DNA from: a virus
Lineage: Duplodnaviria; Heunggongvirae; Uroviricota; Caudoviricetes
IMG/VR virus record: IMGVR_UViG_2562617133_000007
Length of the DNA stretch: 30,411 bases
Strand: one strand, 5' to 3'
Within the stretch, counting starts at the first letter, position 1. Each line of letters starts with the position of its first letter. Of the stretch, positions 17,528 through 26,163 are shown in pieces. The notes beneath the pieces are model-generated. The model saw only the letters and a list, made by a program, of their open reading frames with translations. It was not told the origin of the DNA and did not search any database. A program made the translations under genes and the position numbers.

Positions 17528-18261
17528 TTCGTTGAGACGCGACTGTTTGAACTTAAATACAAGTGCAAACGAAGAAGTCTATCTGGCAGTAGCCTAATAA
17601 GCCAAACACCAGCGAGGTCAGTTTCCAGCCTCGTTACCGAAATGGGACACACTGAGCGAGTGTGATTGCAGAACGCAGGAGAGGGCATGATACGGCACCA
17701 CCCATGCCCTCTCCGATGAAGTAACAGAATGGGCGGTCGGTATATTTCCAACTCCATATCACTCCCGGATTCTTAGCCACTGACCGCCCATCCTGTTACG
17801 TCATTTTGTTCAATTATGTCGTTTATACTGGGTTAAAAAGCGGCGACGTAGCCCGGCTGGTATGGTTAGCCAGCACACAACGTTGAGGCCATTACATTTT
17901 TATCAATTCTAAGGTTCTATTCACAGAGATACTGGCGAACGTTGATATGTAACATGTTGGGCAAACATTCAATCGGGGTAGTGGCCTCAACGTTGTGAAG
18001 ACAGGATTGTTGTGTAGGTTTAACCACTGTTGCCATTGGTGCCTGTTTTCACAACAAATGATTCCATACACCGCATTATGTAAATTACAAAGTAGGTGCT
18101 GTCCTCAGAAACATCATCTACTTAAAGATTTTGCCTTCTATTGAGCGAAGTCGAAAACGTCTGGCACTAACGAAAAGTGCAAGTAGCGGTGCGTTTATTG
18201 GCAAAAACTAACACCGCCGCGATTGGCACTGCTGAGTAATAAATACTGGCAGTGCTGAATT

Positions 18262-18336
18262 GATGGTGTAGCTCAGCGGTAGAGCAGTTGGCTGTTAACC
18301 AACTGGTCGGTGGTTCGAATCCACCCACCATCGCCA
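18262..18336 (+). tRNA. tRNA-Asn (anticodon GTT)
   Basis: Hand-folded cloverleaf: acceptor GATGGTG/CACCATC, D stem GCTC/GAGC, anticodon stem GTTGG/CCAAC with loop CTGTTAA, T arm GGTGG-TTCGAAT-CCACC, encoded CCA. Confidence 0.85.
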
Positions 18337-18341
18337 ATTTA

Positions 18342-18428
18342 GGGGAGTTAGTCCGTAGAGGTAGCGGTGTAGACTGTAAATCTACTGTCATTGCGACTCG
18401 GGTGGTTCGACTCCATCACTCCCCACCA
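18342..18428 (+). tRNA. tRNA-Tyr (anticodon GTA), type II with long variable arm
   Basis: Acceptor GGGGAGT/ACTCCCC; anticodon stem GTAGA/TCTAC with loop CTGTAAA; T loop TTCGACT; encoded CCA. The D arm folds atypically by hand. Confidence 0.7.
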
Positions 18429-18432
18429 AATT

Positions 18433-18508
18433 GCCGGTTTAGCTCAGTTGGTAGAGCAGTCGCTTTGTAAGCAAATGGCCAGCGGTTCAAGTCCGTTAAC
18501 CGGCACCA
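18433..18508 (+). tRNA. tRNA-Thr-like (anticodon TGT) with a weak anticodon stem
   Basis: Acceptor GCCGGTT/AACCGGC; D arm GCTC-AGTTGGTA-GAGC; T arm AGCGG-TTCAAGT-CCGTT; CCA encoded. The anticodon stem GTCGC/GCAAA pairs at only 3 of 5 positions. Confidence 0.55.
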
Positions 18509-18802
18509 ACATAATATTGAGAACATTGGCGTAACGGGTTCATATCCCAATTTATGAATATAATGTTGCGTTGCAGCGTGACAACCTGTGTTCTCAACAT
18601 TGTGGTGAATGCACAGGCTGATGTGCGACGTAGAAGCAAGCGGATGAACTGCCTGAAGGCCGCTAACGTAGGCAATGCCGGAGATCAGCACCGGCCATCA
18701 CAATTTGGCTCTCTTGCAACAGCATAACGCTGAAATACGTCCAACCTGGTGCGGTCTGATCACCCGCCGTTAGCTCCACGAAACGGAGCACACAACACAA
18801 TT

Positions 18803-18889
18803 GGAGAGTAGGGAGCATGGTGCTCAAGCGGTCTTGAAAACCGTCCCATTGTGCAAACGATGATGGTTCGATTCCATTACTCTCCGCCA
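18803..18889 (+). tRNA. tRNA-Ser (anticodon TGA), type II
   Basis: Acceptor GGAGAGT/ACTCTCC; anticodon stem GCGGT/ACCGT with loop CTTGAAA; long variable arm; T arm GATGG-TTCGATT-CCATT; CCA encoded. Confidence 0.65.
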
Positions 18890-18890
18890 G

Positions 18891-18970
18891 ACACAGCGTT
18901 GAGCGGTTTGGCCTTTTAATCAACCAGATTAAGACTCCGCTAACATAAACCAGACCGCTCAACGCTGTGA
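18891..18970. repeat. Long inverted repeat immediately 3' of tRNA-Ser
   Basis: ACAGCGTTGAGCGGT (18893-18907) and ACCGCTCAACGCTGT (18954-18968) are perfect reverse complements; pairing extends to about 20 bp around a ~40-nt loop. Confidence 0.6.
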
Positions 18971-19043
18971 TAGACAATTACGGCAGACGTTCTTAACCAT
19001 AGCTTGCTAACATCCTAGCAACACTTTTTTCAGCGCAAAATTC

Positions 19044-19066
19044 AAAGGGGCTTCGGCCCCTTTTTT
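19044..19066 (+). terminator. Rho-independent terminator
   Basis: AAAGGGGC-TTCG-GCCCCTTTTTT: GC stem, tetraloop and T-run. Confidence 0.75.
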
Positions 19067-19182
19067 GATTTGTTGACACTTAGTTATATTCACGTATCGT
19101 TTTATCGCTTTGATCCGAGGCAGCGTTAGACTGCCTTCATGTTCCTGATTAGATCGCAGCAGTTAAACATGGAGACAAATTA

Positions 19183-19737
19183 ATGAAGAAGTGCCATCTC
19201 AATATTTTCGCATCTCTAATAATTGCGTTAACACTAACAGGGTGTAACGAATCTGAAATAGATGAATTAACGTTAATAGGCAAAGATAAAAGTGAACTTG
19301 AACAAAATTATAAAGCCCAATTCAAGAAGCTAACACAAAATGTTGAAGTGTTTATTCTTCAAGATAAAAATAGTCCGACTGAAAAAGAACCGCATACGAA
19401 TGGCAACCTGATCGACGGAAAAGTCGAAATGTCATTAACCAGTAATGTTGGTAAGTATACATTCATCCAGATAAGTGAAATGCTGACAAAGGAGTACGGA
19501 AAACCCGTTGCTACAAAAGATCGTGTTTTTAACAGAGAAGCAGTATCTGGCATGGACTGTATTGAAACTAAAACTTGTGGAGCTGGTAAATATTATGAAA
19601 TCTTTCGAGGGAAGGATAGATTGATTATGGTGTCAAACGGTGCCGGTCTTTTACACGAAAAGGAAGGTGTAACACTACTCACCATCACCGATAAACAATT
19701 TAAATTTTCTCGTTTAGAAGAAGATAAAATAAAATAA
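19183..19737 (+). CDS. Lipoprotein of unknown function (AT-rich cargo)
   Basis: Lipobox LTGC in MKKCHLNIFASLIIALTLTGC; 184 aa; GGAGA RBS; AT-rich relative to the backbone. Confidence 0.7.
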   Translation: MKKCHLNIFASLIIALTLTGCNESEIDELTLIGKDKSELEQNYKAQFKKLTQNVEVFILQDKNSPTEKEPHTNGNLIDGKVEMSLTSNVGKYTFIQISEMLTKEYGKPVATKDRVFNREAVSGMDCIETKTCGAGKYYEIFRGKDRLIMVSNGAGLLHEKEGVTLLTITDKQFKFSRLEEDKIK

Positions 19738-19988
19738 TGACAGGGGCGTATACGCCCCTATCTAAAATTTGACATTAAACATATATTGCATCTGGTATCA
19801 GCAATTTTTGTGCGCTATGTAAGTCCTTACCTGCAATCAGTCTCATAAATATCGGATTTTACGTAGCGTACCATCGTTACAGCAAGCATCAAATTATTCA
19901 CTGACATTTATGCGCTGAAAACAGCGTTACTTACCGTAAAATAACAATTTTCAGCGCAAAATTTAAAGAGGCTTCGAATCTGCACAAC

Positions 19989-21317
19989 CTATTGTGCGTA
20001 CTCGCCCAATTTTAATGTTTCACGCTTATATTCATCAACTATCTCACATGATTTAATATAGATATGGCACAATAGGTTATCACTATCATCATTATCGTTT
20101 ATTGCCATAAGTGCCAACTTTTTCTCATATTCATCGATCGCATCACTCAACTGATCACCTGTAATTACATCTGACTCACTCGAGAAATATAACTGCCCAA
20201 GATTTACCGCATTTTTTCCAGTTTTTCTTTGCTCTATGTAATTTTTAATCATATCCTTCACATCCTTTTCACTACTCAGTATTTCACTTTCGAAATGGAC
20301 ATGCTCTGAAATCGACGCGACTCTGCAACCGATCAAACGATGAATATAGTCATCAATAGACGTAACACTATCATTAGCTTTTTTTAGTGCTTCATCAAAA
20401 ATGCTCTTTACCTCATTTGGCAAATTTTTAAAATAATCATCAATTAAACCAGATAATGGTGTTTGGTAGTTCATTAATACCGATGAAGCAACTTGCGGAC
20501 GACGAACCACCCAGATTTCTTTGACTTCAACTTGAGAATAATATTCCTTAATCACGTTCCAAAAGTATTTTAACATCTTGGTTTTAAATATTTTATCAAA
20601 TCTATCCTTTATAAATAGCTCTACTTCAGGCATGCTTGAATAAGCATCATCAAAGAATATTTCATCTTTGAAAAAATCATATTTATTTAATAAAGCATAC
20701 AGTTTTTTTGAATCCAGCGGTTCACGAGAATCGATGTCCAATCCAAAAACTGCAATAACCAACTTCATTTGCGGTGGTATTTTTCCACTCAATTGAATAA
20801 TATATTCCATTTTTTCATCAAAACAATTTCCATCTATGTAAAATCGGTTATCTACATAGACTAATATATTGGTAATATGTTTTATGTACTGAATAACCTC
20901 ATGCTTTCTTACCAATGGATAAAAAAACGAATGCATTTCATTTTTATTAAATTGTTTTTTTGTCTGTTCAATGATTGGTATGACATTATTGTACAACTCA
21001 TCATGCTGATTTAATAAAGTGTCAAACCATTCTTTGAAAGAATTTTTTCTCATCTCAATCAATGAATCGGTAGTTATCCTAACGGCCTCCAGTGCTGCCT
21101 TTGCACTTTTTCTTGCTTCATAGGCGTTCCACGCTGTTGCACAAAAAGCCGCTGTCGTTATAAAACTACTCAATACAGCAATTTGGTCTGTAACCTTCCA
21201 ATCTTGAAATGGCTCAAGTAGTAAACCTAAAAACAAAATTATTATGGAAAACATTAGAATTGCAACAGAAATAAAAACAGGCATGTATGCTCTCGTACTT
21301 ACCATTGTTAGTTGCAT
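19989..21317 (-). CDS. Two-TM membrane protein with large cytoplasmic domain, unknown function (AT-rich cargo)
   Basis: 442 aa; predicted TM helices PVFISVAILMFSIIILFLGLLL and IAVLSSFITTAAFCATAW in the first ~70 residues; remainder Lys/Asp/Glu/Tyr/Phe-rich; strongly AT-rich. Confidence 0.7.
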   Translation of the reverse strand: MQLTMVSTRAYMPVFISVAILMFSIIILFLGLLLEPFQDWKVTDQIAVLSSFITTAAFCATAWNAYEARKSAKAALEAVRITTDSLIEMRKNSFKEWFDTLLNQHDELYNNVIPIIEQTKKQFNKNEMHSFFYPLVRKHEVIQYIKHITNILVYVDNRFYIDGNCFDEKMEYIIQLSGKIPPQMKLVIAVFGLDIDSREPLDSKKLYALLNKYDFFKDEIFFDDAYSSMPEVELFIKDRFDKIFKTKMLKYFWNVIKEYYSQVEVKEIWVVRRPQVASSVLMNYQTPLSGLIDDYFKNLPNEVKSIFDEALKKANDSVTSIDDYIHRLIGCRVASISEHVHFESEILSSEKDVKDMIKNYIEQRKTGKNAVNLGQLYFSSESDVITGDQLSDAIDEYEKKLALMAINDNDDSDNLLCHIYIKSCEIVDEYKRETLKLGEYAQ

Positions 21318-21386
21318 TAAATATTAACTAAATTAAGTTGTGATTAACAGGCAAGTTTACGATGTATTGCAGACATTAAATAGGTT

Positions 21387-21414
21387 TTTACTTACCTATC
21401 TTTTATAGTAATAT
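21387..21414 (+). promoter_or_regulatory. Promoter-like motif (copy 2) upstream of the glutaredoxin gene
   Basis: TTTACT-N16-TAATAT; near-identical to the element at 17499-17525. Confidence 0.35.
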
Positions 21415-21456
21415 TTATTTTCTGGTTAAGTAACACATAATTATTATGAGGTAAAC

Positions 21457-21702
21457 ATGACTATCGTTATCTACGGACGAGATAACTGCTCATATTGCAA
21501 ACGTGCGGTCGAGCTGGCGAAACAACTAAAGGGACACGGCTATGGTGATTATGAGTACATCGACATCACCACTGCCGGTATCGATAAGGAAAAACTTAGC
21601 GAAATTGTTGGCAAACCGGTAGAGACTATCCCCCAGGTACTGATCGATGGCCAACCGATTGGCGGATACACAGAACTGGCTGCATACGTCACCACTCTCT
21701 AA
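21457..21702 (+). CDS. Glutaredoxin (Grx1-like)
   Basis: Active site CSYC near the N-terminus (IYGRDNCSYCKRA) and C-terminal GKPVETIPQVLIDGQPIGGYTE, which I recognise as resembling E. coli glutaredoxin 1. GAGGT RBS. Confidence 0.85.
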   Translation: MTIVIYGRDNCSYCKRAVELAKQLKGHGYGDYEYIDITTAGIDKEKLSEIVGKPVETIPQVLIDGQPIGGYTELAAYVTTL

Positions 21703-21706
21703 TTTT

Positions 21707-21731
21707 AACGGCTCACAGGAGCCGTTTTTGT
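21707..21731 (+). terminator. Rho-independent terminator after the glutaredoxin gene
   Basis: AACGGCTC-ACAG-GAGCCGTTTTTG. Confidence 0.7.
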
Positions 21732-21912
21732 TCCCACCAAACTCACGCTTGGTTCCCTTAAAATTCAAAAAACAACGGCTAAATGATTCCATACCTACTA
21801 TGTATGGAATCATTGCTGAAAATGAGTTACTTTTACTCTTGATCCTATAAGAATCTATGCCTAATATACTGTTTACTTATACAGTGCATCGGCGTAACTC
21901 GGTGATTGTCAT

Positions 21913-23016
21913 ATGAAAAATAGCTTTGACAGAGCACGCGCTGCGGAGAACACCTCAAAAGAGGCGATAGAGTATCTCGAAAGAGCATCTCAAATGCAGG
22001 CCGTTATGATCTCCCAGGTCAGCAATGACATGAGATTCTCGGACGCATTCATGTTATTCACTCGCTTATCTCTGCTGATAACCAGACGTCGGCCAGAGAT
22101 CGCTGTTCATTGTATTTTGATACATGTTTTGCCGCACATTGCCGATGTAAAAGTAAGTGACATTAATAGGTTCATGGTGAACCAACTGGTCAACCCACTA
22201 ATACTGGATGGCAAAATTGTTATGGGCCGCCGCGTTTTCTCTCTGATGAAGCAGTTCCTTAGCTGGTGCGCCTTCCAGGGGATGATAGACGTGTCACCGT
22301 TAAACGATATGTCACTTAACAAAGTTGCCGGTGGCGCAAAGCCCACACCTCGCGAGCGGAAGCTGACCGACGCAGAGGTATGGGTGTTCTGGAATATATG
22401 GGACTACTTCAATGTGTGCGCTGGTACAAAATGGGCGGCCAGGCTATGTCTTGTATCCGCAAGACGACCTGACGAAGTACTGCGGGCTAAAAAAAGTGAG
22501 TTCAATCTTAAGCGTGGGGTTTGGAATCAAGGCAAGAGGAACAAATCTGCCCGTGAGCATTCTCTGCCTTTAAGCTCATTAATGCGCACTTGTATTGAAG
22601 AGTTGTTCGAATATGGTAAAGACAGCCAGTGGCTCGTGCCTTCGAATAAAAAAATCGGGAAAGACCTTCCTATGTCTAAAGTGGCAATAGCCCAGGCATT
22701 ACGTCGTATTCTGGAACGACCAGAACTGATGGAGCTTGAGCCATTTACACCCCGAGATTTGCGCCGTACTGCGCGTAGTTACTTCCCAGCATTAGGCATA
22801 AGCCAGGAGGTATCACGTAAAATCATGAACCACAGTCTTGAGGGGATAGATCGGGTCTACGACCGGCACGATTATATGGACGAGATGCGAGACGCCTTAG
22901 AAAGTTTCTCGACGTACATCGCATCAATCGTAGAGCAACCGGATTTAGACGAAATTGACCACAAATTTAAGGGAGATCGTCTATCAACAGAGCTTATTCG
23001 TGTAAATTTTTCATAG
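21913..23016 (+). CDS. Tyrosine recombinase (integrase or resolvase)
   Basis: C-terminal catalytic signature: SARRPDE (box I Arg), RDLRRTARSY, NHS and RVYDRHDY (Tyr nucleophile region). No obvious N-terminal arm-binding domain. Confidence 0.75.
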   Translation: MKNSFDRARAAENTSKEAIEYLERASQMQAVMISQVSNDMRFSDAFMLFTRLSLLITRRRPEIAVHCILIHVLPHIADVKVSDINRFMVNQLVNPLILDGKIVMGRRVFSLMKQFLSWCAFQGMIDVSPLNDMSLNKVAGGAKPTPRERKLTDAEVWVFWNIWDYFNVCAGTKWAARLCLVSARRPDEVLRAKKSEFNLKRGVWNQGKRNKSAREHSLPLSSLMRTCIEELFEYGKDSQWLVPSNKKIGKDLPMSKVAIAQALRRILERPELMELEPFTPRDLRRTARSYFPALGISQEVSRKIMNHSLEGIDRVYDRHDYMDEMRDALESFSTYIASIVEQPDLDEIDHKFKGDRLSTELIRVNFS

Positions 23017-23397
23017 AGACTTTATGGCCTCAACAACCTTTTGTGATGCGCCTTTCTCTTTACCGAATCGCTCGTTATATGCAGCAAGAACCTGTTTTTC
23101 GTCCTCGTTAAGAGGAGCAGTGCCTTCTTTGTATAAAAATGCTGCGAGTTCGGGTTGGCGTTCTTCCAGCACCATCATCATAAGACGACTTGGCTCAATG
23201 CCCAGTGCCAGCGCCAGCGGACGAACCTTATCGATAGGCAAAGGAATTTTGCCGCTTTTAATTAAAGAAAGGTTGTTGGCGTTTTTATACCCAATTGTTT
23301 TGGCTATCTGGGCCTGGCTCATAGGTGAGGATTCAATCAACCCTGCGATAAAAGCAGCGTAGCGACTTTCTATAAATTCAATCTTGTTATCAGACAT
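23011..23397 (-). CDS. XRE-family helix-turn-helix transcriptional regulator
   Basis: HTH SQAQIAKTIGYKNANNLSLIKSG; 128 aa; AAAGG RBS; convergent with, and overlapping, the recombinase 3' end. Confidence 0.7.
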   Translation of the reverse strand: MSDNKIEFIESRYAAFIAGLIESSPMSQAQIAKTIGYKNANNLSLIKSGKIPLPIDKVRPLALALGIEPSRLMMMVLEERQPELAAFLYKEGTAPLNEDEKQVLAAYNERFGKEKGASQKVVEAIKSL

Positions 23398-23648
23398 GGT
23401 TACAACCTTTGCGCGTTCAATTCTCTCTGGTAAGTGCTTACCGATATTACATCAAAGGTTAGGGTTGTAAAGCTATTATCATTTTTTTCGATAGGCACTT
23501 AAAAGACCGGTTAAAGGCCATTGCACGGAGAAAAATTAGCCCAAAACAGGTAAGAAAATCAACTTGCATATGATATGAATGTATTCAGTATTGATATAGA
23601 TTTTAGTAGTATTCCTTACCATAGTATAAGTTAGAATGGATTGATTGA

Positions 23649-23861
23649 ATGAACACCACTATTTCCAGCCTAATCGCTCTTGAGATCGGACACGTACAGA
23701 AATTAGCTGATGAGTGTGTAGCTGACATCCTCACCGATCTACCGAATGAGCAGATTCAGGTTGGTGTGAATGACACAACTGGCTTTATATTCGAACTTAA
23801 CAACAAACGCTTCACGCTTCTCAATACCGGCTCCGGGTCTTTAGCCGTCAGAATCTGTTAA
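23649..23861 (+). CDS. Hypothetical small protein
   Basis: 70-aa ORF with weak RBS, preceding the CobT-like gene; hairpin CTGCGCGAA...TTCGCGCAG downstream. Confidence 0.35.
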   Translation: MNTTISSLIALEIGHVQKLADECVADILTDLPNEQIQVGVNDTTGFIFELNNKRFTLLNTGSGSLAVRIC

Positions 23862-23959
23862 CCCCTCTTCTCCCTGCGCGAATGGCTTAGTTCCCTGTTC
23901 GCGCAGTGCTACATTAAACACACTAGTAAATAATTTGTTTTCATAACAAAGGATTAGCC

Positions 23960-26068
23960 ATGTCTAAAAAACGTTCCATCAAAGAGGTTCAGGACTTCCG
24001 TGACAGTGTAAAACGAGTAGTCGCTCTCCTTTCAGGTAAAAACATCCCTGTTGCAGAACGAGGGGACGACGCTTATGTACGCTATAACGATGATGGAGAG
24101 CCAATTCTCGTAAACATCCCATCAATCCCGGATAACGCAACACCGGCATTGATGAATGCTGTGCGCGGATTTCTCGATCATGAGGTTGCTCACATTTTGT
24201 TTACCGATATTCGTGTGTCCAACAAAATGAGAGAAAAAGGACGCGTTCCTTCCTGGTCGCTATGGAATGCCTTAGAAGACGTGTTCATCGAGCGAAAAAT
24301 GGGTCAGGTCTTTAACGGAACAAGACGTAATCTGATGGCAACTCAGCGCCTTATAATCGAAAAAGTCTTTAAAACAAAGGCTTCAGAGGCTATTGCTTAT
24401 TGTGGCAAAGATCAGCGCGCGCTTTTTCTAAACTTCTTTCTCTGTCCGGTTGTAAGAGCCTGGGATGGCCAAGCACCGTTCGTAGATTTCATGGATGAAT
24501 ATTGGCCTGTCATTGAGAAACCAATTTCATTATTAAAAGAACATGGTATCGATGTGGCCGTGCGTAACATGTCTTGCACCGAGGATTGTGTAAAGGTGGC
24601 TGCGACCATAGCTAAGATCCTCAAAGACACTGAAAGTGAAAGCAAAGGTAAGGAGTCAGCTCCGGGAAAAACTTCCGATCCTTCAGACGCTGACCAGACG
24701 GATGCCTCTGGAGAAAACAATGAAGACAACGAAGATCATGAGACACCCTCAGCGTTAGATAATCACAAATCTATCAAATCAGAATCACACAGTAAGTACA
24801 AACATGATAATAACGACAGTGATGATTCAGATAATTCTGAATCATCAGAAACAATATTCGATGATACAGAAAATGATAAAGAGGTATCAGATTCTGGTGC
24901 TTCTGATAACGCGGCGTCAGAATCATTTACCACTGACCACGAAAAAAGAAAATCGACAGAAGACGGCTCTTCAGACATTCCAACTCCGTCAAAAATGAGT
25001 CTGGAAGAGGCTTTAGAGGAGTTGGATAGCATGGAAGATGAAGTCGGAGGCATGACAGAAGATGCGCTATCCGAAACGATTAAAAGCGAGTTAACAGAAA
25101 GCTCGAAAAGCGAATACAGGCCATACAATCGCTCATACGACTTCATCGGCTCGATTGATCAGGCAGAAGCCCATATCAAACGGCTTATTAAAACATTCTC
25201 CGATATTGATTTAGGTGGATATCCAATCAGCCGTTATCGCATCGTTCCTGAAGGCAACCAGCTCTTCGACAAATATATTGAAAAGCACCTTTCGTCAGGT
25301 GTTTCGTCGACGCTGGCAAAAGACCTGGAACGTGCAATAGCAAGCAGAAACAGAGTTCAGTTTATACCTGGCCAGCGTCGGGGGCGCATTCATGGTTCAA
25401 GTATCTACAGATTAACAATGAATGATGATCGCGTGTTTCGTAAAAAAGAAGAATCTAAAGCCGTTAACGCCTGTGTTCAACAAGTGATTGATTTATCGGG
25501 TTCAATGAGTGGCGAAACGATAAAACTAGCTCTTGCAAGTGCATATACCATCGCCGATGCACTTGATCGAATAAATGTTCCCAACATTATCACCGGCTTC
25601 ACTACATTTGGCAGTCATATGGCAGCAGGAGAACTTAAGGCTATCAAATATGAGTTCTCTCGCTTTGAATCTTTAATGCTACCTATCATCAAAAATTGGA
25701 ATGAAAAAGCAAATTCTCGCGAAGTTCGCTCACGTATGGGGTGCGTAGGCTACACATTCCCACTTCTTAATAACGTGGATGGTGAAAGCATAGCCAGCCT
25801 TGCATCGTTATTTTCCGGTCGCTTGGAGGACAGGAAGATCATGCTTGTTCTGAGTGATGGCGCGCCGTGGGCTGTTGGGAGAGGTTTTGACGCCCATTTG
25901 CGTTCGGTTACGAAGCAAATTGAAACGCAGACTGACATTGATTTGATGGCAATTGGCATCATGACTGATGCACCGGAGAGATTTTACGCAAATCATGCCC
26001 TGGTAACTAGTGTTGATAGTCTTGGTTCATCTGTAGTTACTGAACTATCTCGTATCATTTTGAAGTAA
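23960..26068 (+). CDS. CobT-like protein with C-terminal von Willebrand A domain and acidic low-complexity linker
   Basis: 702 aa; MIDAS-type DLSGSMSG (DxSxS) in the C-terminal domain; long Asp/Ser/Glu-rich segment (roughly nt 24640-25080); AAGGA RBS. Paired with an AAA+ gene downstream. Confidence 0.75.
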   Translation: MSKKRSIKEVQDFRDSVKRVVALLSGKNIPVAERGDDAYVRYNDDGEPILVNIPSIPDNATPALMNAVRGFLDHEVAHILFTDIRVSNKMREKGRVPSWSLWNALEDVFIERKMGQVFNGTRRNLMATQRLIIEKVFKTKASEAIAYCGKDQRALFLNFFLCPVVRAWDGQAPFVDFMDEYWPVIEKPISLLKEHGIDVAVRNMSCTEDCVKVAATIAKILKDTESESKGKESAPGKTSDPSDADQTDASGENNEDNEDHETPSALDNHKSIKSESHSKYKHDNNDSDDSDNSESSETIFDDTENDKEVSDSGASDNAASESFTTDHEKRKSTEDGSSDIPTPSKMSLEEALEELDSMEDEVGGMTEDALSETIKSELTESSKSEYRPYNRSYDFIGSIDQAEAHIKRLIKTFSDIDLGGYPISRYRIVPEGNQLFDKYIEKHLSSGVSSTLAKDLERAIASRNRVQFIPGQRRGRIHGSSIYRLTMNDDRVFRKKEESKAVNACVQQVIDLSGSMSGETIKLALASAYTIADALDRINVPNIITGFTTFGSHMAAGELKAIKYEFSRFESLMLPIIKNWNEKANSREVRSRMGCVGYTFPLLNNVDGESIASLASLFSGRLEDRKIMLVLSDGAPWAVGRGFDAHLRSVTKQIETQTDIDLMAIGIMTDAPERFYANHALVTSVDSLGSSVVTELSRIILK

Positions 26069-26163
26069 TTAAAACAGCCTTAATGATAAGTAACTACTTA
26101 CCATAGTTAATGGTATATTTATATAAGAACTTGAACGCTCATTAGAGAACAAAGGAAAAGCGC

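Noticed and set aside
18167-18977. Four short ORFs overlapping the tRNA region
   Set aside because: They coincide with tRNA genes and structured spacer; the tRNA cloverleafs explain the sequence better.
21913-23016. Reading the recombinase as proof of an integrated prophage boundary
   Set aside because: No flanking host genes, att duplication or adjacent tRNA are visible in the window; with parAB and a TA module present, a plasmid-like lifestyle with a resolution recombinase is equally consistent.
24412-25146. Minus-strand ORFs 24412-24729 and 24763-25146 and plus-strand ORF 24804-24998
   Set aside because: They fall within the acidic low-complexity region of the CobT-like gene, where alternative frames stay open by composition alone.
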